Positions 49,816-57,548 of a stretch of DNA of 64,000 bases are shown piece by piece. The stretch is from a virus (taxonomy: Duplodnaviria; Caudoviricetes): the IMG/VR virus record IMGVR_UViG_3300028048_000057, positions 32,001 to 96,000 of that record, one strand, 5' to 3'. Below the pieces are notes generated by a model that was not told the origin of the DNA, did not search any database, and saw only the letters and a program-made list of their open reading frames with translations. Position numbers and translations under genes: made by a program. Every line of letters begins with the position of its first letter. Position 1 is the first letter of the stretch.

Positions 49816-51810
49816 ATGTTTAGTTTTAGTGAAAAATTATTAAAAATTTTAGTGATGAGACACTACTTAGTCTCATTATATCCAACTTGTAAAGAAGATG
49901 ATACTAGAAGAGCATATTTAAATGCTTATCTTTTATCTAATTTTGGTATTGTGGTAAATAGACCATATCTTTTAAGTGAGGATATGATTAAAATTATATC
50001 TACTATCTATAAATTAAATGTCCCAAAATCATTCTATGATAATCCACAAGATACTAAGTATTTTACAAGAGGCCAACTTTTAATGGAACAATTAGTTTCT
50101 TATTTCTTAGTGGAAACAGGAACAGGAATCTATGATAGAGTAGAACTCTTTAAAAAACATTTACCAGAATATGTGGTTGGTGATGAAATTAAATTAAGAA
50201 AATTCCAAATTTTATACATTGATGAAGCAAATGCAGTTTTAAAAGAAATTGCTACTTCTTTATGTGCATATACAAGACCATTCTCCTTAGAAGAGATGGA
50301 AGACTTTAAAACTCTTTATGCTAATGGTTTTGTTAGTGATGATGTAACTATTGGGTGCAAAGATAACATTATCAATATGCTTGATTTTGATGTTAGACTT
50401 GCTAGATTTTTAGATAGAAAGGATTTAGTAAAACTTTCAATTAAATTTGTAGGTGAAAAGAAAGTTGGTGTTAGAGAACAATTAAATAAATTAGATGCTA
50501 AACAAACTAATATTATTGTAAAATCTTTAGATTTGGTTAGAAATTGTCCTTTAACTAAAAAACAAGCAAAATACTTTAACAAATTACTTTCTATTTATAG
50601 TAGAGAAGAAGTACCAGTAGTGGAAGCAAATTCACCTTATAAATTTGCCATGAAATATTTGAAAGAAGGTAAGATTGTAGAAGCAGCAAGAGTGTTTTCT
50701 AAAAATGGTTCCCTTCTTGAAAGAAATTTAAGAATGCTTTTATCTAGAGCAAATCCACAAGAAGCAATGGAAATTATGAGCATGATAAAAGTTAAGAACC
50801 CAATGGTTTTATTCCAATTAGTTTCTTCATTAAAAGAAGAAGGAATTTCACCAAGAACTTTCTCATTCTTTAAGAATAATCTTGTTAAAAAACATATTGA
50901 AACTATATATGAAACTAAATGGAGAAAGTCTAGACTTAATGAATCCACAAATAAGTTTTTACATGATGCTTGTTTAGAAAAAGTATATGATTATTATAGA
51001 GGATTACCATCTTTAGGTAAAGTTTATATTAGTGATGCTTTTTATAAATTAGGAGTCCCTTCTAATACTAGTGCAAGTGGTAAAGGTATTGATGTTTTAC
51101 CAACAGGTTCTAGATTACCAATTCAAGGTAGTGCTATTAGAACCTTTGTTACTTGGAAAGGTGTATATGACATTGATGCTTCTATTTCTTTAATAGGAGA
51201 TAATAAGAAAGATTATCTTTTCTATGGTAATTATAGTGGAAAACCATTTGGTAATGATATTTTATTCTCAGGTGATTGTAGAGGTAATTCAGGTACAGAG
51301 TACTTTGACATCAAACTTGAACAAGCAAAAGCAAGAGGTTATAAATATCTTGTCTTCTCATTCCATGGATTTAATGGTAGATTAGACCAAGGTGAGATTG
51401 TTTGTGGATACCAAGACAAAACAAATCTTGAAACAAAGGCTTGGGATGCTAAAAATATTGCTTTCCAATTCAATGTTAAAGGGAATACAAGAGCATGTTT
51501 AGGTTTTGCTATTGACCTTACAACTAATGAAATGGTTATTCTTAATCTTATGGTTGAAGATGAATCTAGAGTTGTTCATAGTGGTACAGCAGATGATATG
51601 ATTTCTAAATACTTAAATTCAAGTTTCTTAGATATTAATATGGGCAATATCATTGCTTGTAGAGGTGAGGTTGTTAGTGACCCATGTGAAGCAGATGTTG
51701 TGTTTGATGATACATTTATGCCAGAAATGACTAAAGATGGAACACCAGCACAAAAAGTCATTAGAACATTTGATTTAGAAAAATTAGTTTCTATTTCAAG
51801 TGAAAAATAA
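49816..51810 (+). CDS. TROVE/Ro-like helical domain plus C-terminal TerD-like domain (putative RNA-binding)
   Basis: Helical basic N-terminal region (GSLLERNLRMLLSR); TerD-like IRTFVTW..DIDAS..FSGD..TEYFDI; adjacent Y-RNA-like element. Confidence 0.6.
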   Translation: MFSFSEKLLKILVMRHYLVSLYPTCKEDDTRRAYLNAYLLSNFGIVVNRPYLLSEDMIKIISTIYKLNVPKSFYDNPQDTKYFTRGQLLMEQLVSYFLVETGTGIYDRVELFKKHLPEYVVGDEIKLRKFQILYIDEANAVLKEIATSLCAYTRPFSLEEMEDFKTLYANGFVSDDVTIGCKDNIINMLDFDVRLARFLDRKDLVKLSIKFVGEKKVGVREQLNKLDAKQTNIIVKSLDLVRNCPLTKKQAKYFNKLLSIYSREEVPVVEANSPYKFAMKYLKEGKIVEAARVFSKNGSLLERNLRMLLSRANPQEAMEIMSMIKVKNPMVLFQLVSSLKEEGISPRTFSFFKNNLVKKHIETIYETKWRKSRLNESTNKFLHDACLEKVYDYYRGLPSLGKVYISDAFYKLGVPSNTSASGKGIDVLPTGSRLPIQGSAIRTFVTWKGVYDIDASISLIGDNKKDYLFYGNYSGKPFGNDILFSGDCRGNSGTEYFDIKLEQAKARGYKYLVFSFHGFNGRLDQGEIVCGYQDKTNLETKAWDAKNIAFQFNVKGNTRACLGFAIDLTTNEMVILNLMVEDESRVVHSGTADDMISKYLNSSFLDINMGNIIACRGEVVSDPCEADVVFDDTFMPEMTKDGTPAQKVIRTFDLEKLVSISSEK

Positions 51811-51880
51811 AAAAAGTTATTTGCACTTATTTAAAATAGGTGTATAATAAATTATAAGGTGGTATTAAGGAGTACCATTA

Positions 51881-52002
51881 GAACCTATACTTATTTCAGA
51901 AAAATGTTAGGACAAGACTCTATCAAGGGTTCGATTCCCTTCTATCTCAAACTGAGATAGTGGTGTAATGGTAACACAGAGTCACAAACAATTAGTTAGG
52001 TC
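51881..52002 (+). ncRNA. Y RNA-like (YrlA-type) RNA with circularly permuted tRNA-like domain, motif copy 2
   Basis: GACTCT / T-arm AAGGG-TTCGATT-CCCTT / closed acceptor CTATCTCA-AAC-TGAGATAG / D-arm GTGT-AATGGTA-ACAC / AGAGTC, enclosed by ACCTATACT...AGTTAGGT. Confidence 0.85.
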
Positions 52003-52024
52003 AAAATTTAATTACATCATTAAA

Positions 52025-52100
52025 TAATAAAGTAGAGCCACTACTTATTTCAGAAGCCCTAAATTGACATTTTAGTTTATACTAGTGTGGCCTATTATTA
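52025..52100 (+). ncRNA. Bulged-helix RNA motif copy 3
   Basis: GAGCCACTACTTATTTCAG...CTAGTGTGGCC, compensatory changes relative to copies 1 and 2. Confidence 0.65.
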
Positions 52101-52126
52101 TATTAATGGTAGAAAGGAAAAAGAAC

Positions 52127-52708
52127 ATGAAGAAGAATCTATTTATGTTAATCCCTCTTTTAGGATTAATGCTTGTTGGTTGTGGTTCTCAACCTAGTGT
52201 GCATACTCATACCATGACTCATGTTGCAGGTATTGAAGCAACATATACCACAGAAGGTGTTGTTGAACATGACCATTGTACAACATGTGAAAAAGATTTT
52301 GATGCTGATGGAAATGAATTAACTTCAGTAGTTATTCCAGAATTAGAATATTCTAAAACAGTTGATGCTGTTACTTCAGACATTCAAACTACCATTGGTT
52401 CTACAGCACAAGCATTTAATTTATCAAGTTATGCACCAGAAGGAGCCGATTTAACAAACACTCAAGCACCAGAAGATTTATTAGTTGTTCCAGTATCTAT
52501 TCTTTATTCAGTTATGCCAGAATACTTATCAGTAGCAAGTGCTCATTACTATACTACTGAAGAAGATTATTGGGAAGATGAATCAGGTGATACAGTTTAT
52601 TCATTATTGCTTGTTACACCAAGAACAGAAGTAGGTGTTGAAATTGTTGGCTATGTCTACAAAGATGCACTAGTAGGTCAATATAATGTTTTTGAACCAA
52701 AAATTTAA
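52127..52708 (+). CDS. Lipoprotein (start moved to ATG 52127)
   Basis: MKKNLF...LMLVGC lipobox; His/CxxC surface-protein motif. Confidence 0.8.
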   Translation: MKKNLFMLIPLLGLMLVGCGSQPSVHTHTMTHVAGIEATYTTEGVVEHDHCTTCEKDFDADGNELTSVVIPELEYSKTVDAVTSDIQTTIGSTAQAFNLSSYAPEGADLTNTQAPEDLLVVPVSILYSVMPEYLSVASAHYYTTEEDYWEDESGDTVYSLLLVTPRTEVGVEIVGYVYKDALVGQYNVFEPKI

Positions 52709-52750
52709 TAATTAATAATGCTAAATTATAAAGGAGAATTCCAAACAATT

Positions 52751-52849
52751 ATGAAAAATATTAATAGAGCAAATTTACAATTTACACTTCAACCACTTCC
52801 TTATTGGTATGGTGTTTTGTCTATGCTCTTAAAAGTAAGTAATAATTGA
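52751..52849 (+). CDS. Putative attenuator leader peptide, 32 aa: MKNINRANLQFTLQPLPYWYGVLSMLLKVSNN
   Basis: AAGGAG at 52731; codons 52778-52810 match the six downstream tRNAs; contains the antiterminator strand. Confidence 0.8.
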   Translation: MKNINRANLQFTLQPLPYWYGVLSMLLKVSNN

Positions 52850-52894
52850 AGTAATTCTTAATTAAATTTAAAAAACTTTGGGCAGCATAGACAA
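52817..52894 (+). promoter_or_regulatory. Antiterminator helix
   Basis: TTGTCTATGCT (52817-52827) is the exact reverse complement of AGCATAGACAA (52884-52894) in the terminator 5' arm and loop. Confidence 0.8.
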
Positions 52895-52911
52895 CTATGT
52901 TGCCTTTTTTT
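52881..52911 (+). terminator. Intrinsic terminator (attenuator) 3 nt before the first tRNA
   Basis: GGCAGCATAG-ACAA-CTATGTTGCC-T7. Confidence 0.9.
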
Positions 52912-52914
52912 ATT

Positions 52915-52998
52915 GGGAAGGTAGGTAAGTGGCTAAAACCATCTGACTGTAAATCAGACGCTTAGGCTTCATGTGTTCGAATCACACCCTTCCCACCA
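52915..52998 (+). tRNA. tRNA-Tyr(GTA)
   Basis: TCTGA-CTGTAAA-TCAGA; long variable arm; encoded CCA. Confidence 0.9.
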
Positions 52999-53000
52999 AT

Positions 53001-53089
53001 GCTCCTATGTTGGAATTAGTAGACAACCTAGTTTGAGAGACTAGTGTCCATATAAGGGCGTGCAAGTGCAAGTCTTGCTAGGAGCACCA
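53001..53089 (+). tRNA. tRNA-Leu(GAG)
   Basis: CTAGT-TTGAGAG-ACTAG; long variable arm; encoded CCA. Confidence 0.9.
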
Positions 53090-53093
53090 AAAT

Positions 53094-53170
53094 TGGGATG
53101 TAGACGAATTGGTAAAGTCAAGTGGCTTTGAACCACTTATGTGAGGGTTCGAGACCTTCCATCCCAGCCA
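53094..53170 (+). tRNA. tRNA-Gln(TTG)
   Basis: AGTGG-CTTTGAA-CCACT; U1-A72, G73, CCA. Confidence 0.92.
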
Positions 53171-53172
53171 AT

Positions 53173-53246
53173 ATGGGTGTAGTTTAATGGCAGAACTATG
53201 GTCTCCAAAACCATTGATGAGAGTTCAATTCTTTCCACCCATGCCA
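53173..53246 (+). tRNA. tRNA-Trp(CCA)
   Basis: ATGGT-CTCCAAA-ACCAT; G73, CCA. Confidence 0.92.
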
Positions 53247-53250
53247 ATAT

Positions 53251-53324
53251 TGAGGGTTCTGTTAATGGTAGGCTTACGGCTTTGGAGACCGTGAATGGGG
53301 GTTCGATTCCCCCACCTTCAACCA
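53251..53324 (+). tRNA. tRNA-Pro(TGG), atypical
   Basis: ACGGC-TTTGGAG-ACCGT; perfect T-arm, weak D-stem; CCA. Confidence 0.75.
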
Positions 53325-53328
53325 TAAT

Positions 53329-53404
53329 GGGAGAGTGACCGAAGTAGTTAAGGTGCTGGTCTGAAAAACCAGATATGCTGGTGCGATTCCAACCTCTCCC
53401 ACCA
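53329..53404 (+). tRNA. tRNA-Phe(GAA)
   Basis: CTGGT-CTGAAAA-ACCAG; T-loop TGCGATT; CCA. Confidence 0.85.
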
Positions 53405-53440
53405 TTTATGCTAAATTTAAAGAAAAGAAGGAAAAATAAT

Positions 53441-54160
53441 ATGAAAAAATTAAGTGAATTATTTTGGACTTGTCACACTATAAAATATGATGTGGTAGGG
53501 GATGATGTTAATTATAAGTTTGTAGAGGAAGATTCAACTCTTTATATCTATTTCCAAGGCAGTAATAGTGTTATGGATTGGATTCGTAATTTCTTATTTC
53601 CAGCAAAACCTTATAAAGATATGGAAATTTCTTATAGAGTACATAGAGGTTTTTTAAATGCTTGGAAACAAGTAGAAGATATTGTAATAGATAAAATTCA
53701 AGAAAAAACAACTAAATTAATGTTTAATAAATATAAAAAGAAATATGAAAATAAAGATATATTCAAGTTTAAAAAGATTATTGTAGTTGGATATTCTCAT
53801 GGTGCAGCACTTGCTGGACTTTGTCATGAATGTGTTTGGTATTGGAGACCTGACCTTAGAGAAGATGGTCTTGAGGGTTATGGATTTGAAGCACCAAGAT
53901 TCTATGCTGGATGGCATGTTAAAAAAGCATTAAAAGAAAGATGGTCTAAATTTAAAGTTATTAGATGTAATAATGATTTAGTTACACATTGTCCACCATG
54001 GATTCTTAGATTTATACATGTTACTAAAGACATCCTTAAAATAAAAGGAGACACTAAATTAGTGGATAAGTGGTACATACCAAAATGTGTAAAATCACAC
54101 TTCCCACAAGTAGTAATGGATGGGTTAACAAAATTAGAAAATGAAGAGGCTAACAAATAG
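53441..54160 (+). CDS. Class 3 lipase-like alpha/beta hydrolase (start moved to ATG 53441)
   Basis: FQGS...DW, VHRGF, GYSHG nucleophile elbow, FEAPR, DLVTHCPP, C-terminal His. Confidence 0.9.
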   Translation: MKKLSELFWTCHTIKYDVVGDDVNYKFVEEDSTLYIYFQGSNSVMDWIRNFLFPAKPYKDMEISYRVHRGFLNAWKQVEDIVIDKIQEKTTKLMFNKYKKKYENKDIFKFKKIIVVGYSHGAALAGLCHECVWYWRPDLREDGLEGYGFEAPRFYAGWHVKKALKERWSKFKVIRCNNDLVTHCPPWILRFIHVTKDILKIKGDTKLVDKWYIPKCVKSHFPQVVMDGLTKLENEEANK

Positions 54161-54180
54161 TTAGTCTTTTTTTATTTTAT
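54144..54180 (+). terminator. Intrinsic terminator
   Basis: AAGAGGCTAAC-AAATA-GTTAGTCTTTT plus T run. Confidence 0.8.
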
Positions 54181-54183
54181 ATA

Positions 54184-54212
54184 TTGACAATTATTTTTAA
54201 AGAGTTTAAAAT
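54184..54212 (+). promoter_or_regulatory. Sigma70/SigA-type promoter
   Basis: TTGACA-17 bp-TAAAAT. Confidence 0.8.
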
Positions 54213-54234
54213 AGTGTCAGAGAAATAAGAAAGT

Positions 54235-54537
54235 ATGAAACAAGTAATAGTTAGAATCAGAGATTGTAGGCCTACTTATACAAAAACAATTGCTAGATAT
54301 TATTTTTTATGTGTATCTAGTTATGAATATGATGTATTGGATTGTGTAAAAACTTTATTTCCAGGACAAGAGATTTGGATTAAAGTAGGAAATTTATATT
54401 CTAAATATATTTCTTATGAAGAATTAGTAGAAAATTCTCAAAAAGATGATATCACTATTGATGAAGAGTTGTATAATAATTTGTTAGAAGATTATAATTT
54501 AAATTATTATATTAATCAATATTTACCTAAATATTAA
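54235..54537 (+). CDS. Hypothetical protein
   Basis: First ORF after the promoter. Confidence 0.65.
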   Translation: MKQVIVRIRDCRPTYTKTIARYYFLCVSSYEYDVLDCVKTLFPGQEIWIKVGNLYSKYISYEELVENSQKDDITIDEELYNNLLEDYNLNYYINQYLPKY

Positions 54538-54566
54538 AGAAATAAGAAAGGAAACTACATAAAATT

Positions 54567-54965
54567 ATGAAAAAATATGCAATTGTACCTATTAGTATGA
54601 AATCCACATTACCTTGGAATCTTTACATTAGATGTGTTCTTATAGAATACACCCATATGAATAAAAATTTCTTTAAAGGCACTAGATATATTGATTGTAG
54701 TCCTTATTTTAAAGATGGTGAAGTGCAACTTCATTATAAATTTGAAGATGATGGATTTATTTTAGTTAAAGATGACCAAGAAGTTAACAATAAAGTAATA
54801 GAGATTAAAAGAGAATATCATCTTTGTTCTTCTACTTCCATTATAGATAGTAGATTAACTGGGGTTAGATTTACATGTGAAAATGATGAACAAGCAATTG
54901 CTTATTTTAAGAATAGTGAATTTTATGATACTGAAACTCATCCATTACAATTTAAAAGAATTTAA
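54567..54965 (+). CDS. Hypothetical protein
   Basis: AAAGGA RBS. Confidence 0.65.
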   Translation: MKKYAIVPISMKSTLPWNLYIRCVLIEYTHMNKNFFKGTRYIDCSPYFKDGEVQLHYKFEDDGFILVKDDQEVNNKVIEIKREYHLCSSTSIIDSRLTGVRFTCENDEQAIAYFKNSEFYDTETHPLQFKRI

Positions 54966-54982
54966 GGAGTAAATTAAAATTT

Positions 54983-55138
54983 ATGAAAGTATTTAAATAT
55001 ATCTTATATACCTGTGTTGGAATTGTTTTTGGTGCTATAGGTGCATTGTGTATTATTCCATTTATTGCATTATTTTATTTAATAAATTTACCTTGTCTTA
55101 TTGTTAGTGATATTTGGAGGAATTTGAAGAATGAATAA
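54983..55138 (+). CDS. Small membrane protein, 51 aa (not in ORF track)
   Basis: AAGGAG RBS; MKVFKYILYTCVGIVFGAIGALCIIPFIALFYLINLPCL... Confidence 0.6.
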   Translation: MKVFKYILYTCVGIVFGAIGALCIIPFIALFYLINLPCLIVSDIWRNLKNE

Positions 55139-56234
55139 AAAAGATTTAATTCAACCAACACCTACTTTATATGGTGAAGATGCAAAATTAGTTTTAAAAG
55201 AAACATTTGAAGTCTCACCAGAACAACTTGAAAAAGTAAAAGAAAGATTAGAGAAGTCTGCTCCAATCTGTTTTAAAGATGATTCAAAGATTGAATTCAT
55301 TCCTCAAATGTATCAAATGATTTCTTCTGAAGAAGAATTGAAATGGTTCTTTGAACATGTTGTAATGAAGCCACAAGTCAATGAATCTTATAGTGCTGTT
55401 TTTGTTTCTAGACATAAGAAACTTACTAAAGAAGAGCAGGAAACAATTGGCCTTACTAGAAAAGAAAGTGAATTTTTAGCAACTCAAACTTTTAGATTAG
55501 GCAAATTCAAAGATGCATTGTATATTGATGAAGATAATAACTGGACTTTTGATAATTTCTTAAAAAGAATTAGAAGATTTAATGTTGATAAATATGCTTA
55601 TACTACAGCATTAGGAGAACCTATTCCTACTAAAACACTTGCTATTATCTTTTATGTTAATCCTTGTGATGATATTAAAGTATGTAGAGAATTTGTTACT
55701 CAATATTGTGATGTTAACCAAGCAATCTCTAAAGCAATGTTATGTGGAAAAACAACTGTAGATAATTTACAAAGTTATCAATGGTTTGGTAATGCTGAAA
55801 ATAATTTAAAGCATCTTAAAGCAAATCAAAAAGGAACTAGATATTGGTTAGATTTTGATATTGATGTTCCTAAATGGTTTAAAAATTCTAAGAGAAAAAA
55901 CATGAATGATAAAACATATTATCAAGTAATGTGTGATGAAATTTTTACAGAAACTTTCGGAAAAGGTAATTATGTAGTAATAGATACATCTGGTGGATAC
56001 CACGTTTTAGTTAAAACTTCTGCTATTAAATCTAATCCACATGATATTTGTAAGAAAGTTGATAGATTATATCAAGAGGGTTTATTAGATGGCCAAGAGC
56101 CTTATCTAGATGATAAAGGTAACTGCAAGTTTGAATGTATCGTTAATGATAGTCAAATTCCAGGCATTCCATTACCAGGTACTTATCAATATGGTAGACC
56201 AGTAACAGTTCTTAATAAGGGAGATTTTGAATAG
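55131..56234 (+). CDS. AEP/PrimPol-fold-like protein
   Basis: LDFDID and TSGGYHVLV resemble AEP motifs I and II. Confidence 0.5.
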   Translation: MNKKDLIQPTPTLYGEDAKLVLKETFEVSPEQLEKVKERLEKSAPICFKDDSKIEFIPQMYQMISSEEELKWFFEHVVMKPQVNESYSAVFVSRHKKLTKEEQETIGLTRKESEFLATQTFRLGKFKDALYIDEDNNWTFDNFLKRIRRFNVDKYAYTTALGEPIPTKTLAIIFYVNPCDDIKVCREFVTQYCDVNQAISKAMLCGKTTVDNLQSYQWFGNAENNLKHLKANQKGTRYWLDFDIDVPKWFKNSKRKNMNDKTYYQVMCDEIFTETFGKGNYVVIDTSGGYHVLVKTSAIKSNPHDICKKVDRLYQEGLLDGQEPYLDDKGNCKFECIVNDSQIPGIPLPGTYQYGRPVTVLNKGDFE

Positions 56235-56502
56235 TATGGGTTGGAAAGAAAATAAAAAGAAACATGATGACTATGTTAACTTTGTGACTAAAGTACTAAG
56301 TGGCTATTATCAGATTTGTACTATTGAAGATTATCTCAAGAAAGAAATTGAAGACTATTTAAAAAAGAAGTATAAGTGGAAATACCCTAGAAATTATGAT
56401 ATGAAATTAATTTCTAAAAGAAAAAATAAATATCATTTTAGAATTATTCCTTATGATATCATTGAAGATATAGATATTAGAATTGATATATCAAGAGAGT
56501 AA
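56227..56502 (+). CDS. Hypothetical protein
   Basis: ORF coupled to the upstream gene. Confidence 0.6.
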   Translation: MNSMGWKENKKKHDDYVNFVTKVLSGYYQICTIEDYLKKEIEDYLKKKYKWKYPRNYDMKLISKRKNKYHFRIIPYDIIEDIDIRIDISRE

Positions 56503-56520
56503 AGGAGGAATTTAAATAAT

Positions 56521-56757
56521 ATGCCACTAGAAGCAATAGTAGTTTTAACAACAATGTATGTATTATTTAATATTGGTAGTGTATTCTTTACTTTCTTATG
56601 TGAAGACTTACATTTTCTTAGATTCATGCTTCCAAATGATTTTAAAAGAAGCACTACAATGAATTGGTTTGGATGTTCAGTTATATCCTTACTTTGTTTT
56701 ATATTCTTCCCTTTAATTTACTTGTATAGATTATTTGAGTTTTTATTTCATATTTAA
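56521..56757 (+). CDS. Small two-TM membrane protein
   Basis: AGGAGG RBS; two hydrophobic segments. Confidence 0.7.
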   Translation: MPLEAIVVLTTMYVLFNIGSVFFTFLCEDLHFLRFMLPNDFKRSTTMNWFGCSVISLLCFIFFPLIYLYRLFEFLFHI

Positions 56758-56772
56758 GAGAATATTTATACT

Positions 56773-56997
56773 ATGACTAAAGAAGATTTACTAGAATTAT
56801 TAAATTGTAATTACATATATGTTGCTTTATATAACTGTGATTTTGGAGATGTAAGCGATTACTTTATTGTTAAATTAGAAATTTTTGATTTAACATCTGC
56901 TGGTATAATTGTTAAAGAAAATGAATATGATGTTACATTTATTCCATATGAAGGATTTAAAGAATACTGGGCTATGAATAAGGAGGACCTTAAATAA
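56773..56997 (+). CDS. Hypothetical protein
   Basis: ORF in operon. Confidence 0.6.
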   Translation: MTKEDLLELLNCNYIYVALYNCDFGDVSDYFIVKLEIFDLTSAGIIVKENEYDVTFIPYEGFKEYWAMNKEDLK

Positions 56998-57149
56998 TGA
57001 GAAAACAAAAAGCAATAACTATAGGAAAAGATGGTAGTGTTAGTATTTTAAATTTTTATTTATCAGATGGTTGGAAAGTAGTAGATAAAACAGTATTAGA
57101 TGATAAAGTAATCTATATCTTAGAACTTAATAAAAAGGATTTTTAAATA

Positions 57150-57548
57150 ATGAGTAAAGAATCAAAAAACTATGGAACTGGTACCACATTTGACGAAATG
57201 ATTGATTATGTAAAGAATATGAAATATATTGATGAAAATGAAGCCAATGATATTCTTGATGGGCTTCTTGAAACTATACTTAAAGAAAACCAAGATATAC
57301 AAAGTTGTTTTGAAGATTATGATTTGTCTATAAAAGACATTCGTAAAGTTTGTGTTTCTTATAAACAAAGAGAAAAACATGAAAAAGCATTAGAGACTAT
57401 TAAAGAAAAAGGTTGGATTGCTCTTGATGTTGATTATGAAAATTATGATGATTGGAAAAAACACCATATAGCATTTATAGATATTGAGACAGGAGAATTT
57501 CCATTAACCCAAAAAGAATTTGACTTATTGAAAGAGGTGTTGTTATGA
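57150..57548 (+). CDS. Hypothetical protein, paralog of 1394-1777 C-terminus
   Basis: KALETIKEK...LTQKEFDLLKEVL. Confidence 0.7.
   Translation: MSKESKNYGTGTTFDEMIDYVKNMKYIDENEANDILDGLLETILKENQDIQSCFEDYDLSIKDIRKVCVSYKQREKHEKALETIKEKGWIALDVDYENYDDWKKHHIAFIDIETGEFPLTQKEFDLLKEVLL

Noticed and set aside
51916-51983. Ordinary tRNA, permuted tRNA gene or two-piece tmRNA
   Set aside because: There is no anticodon loop or CCA, and the acceptor is closed by a 3-nt loop. A full D-stem and the lack of a tag reading frame argue against tmRNA.
52731-52911. T-box riboswitch controlling the tRNA array
   Set aside because: There is no UGGNACC T-box bulge or stem I; the leader ORF plus antiterminator explains the region better.
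53137-53325. Minus-strand 62-aa ORF
   Set aside because: It is the antisense reading of the tRNA-Gln/Trp/Pro genes.
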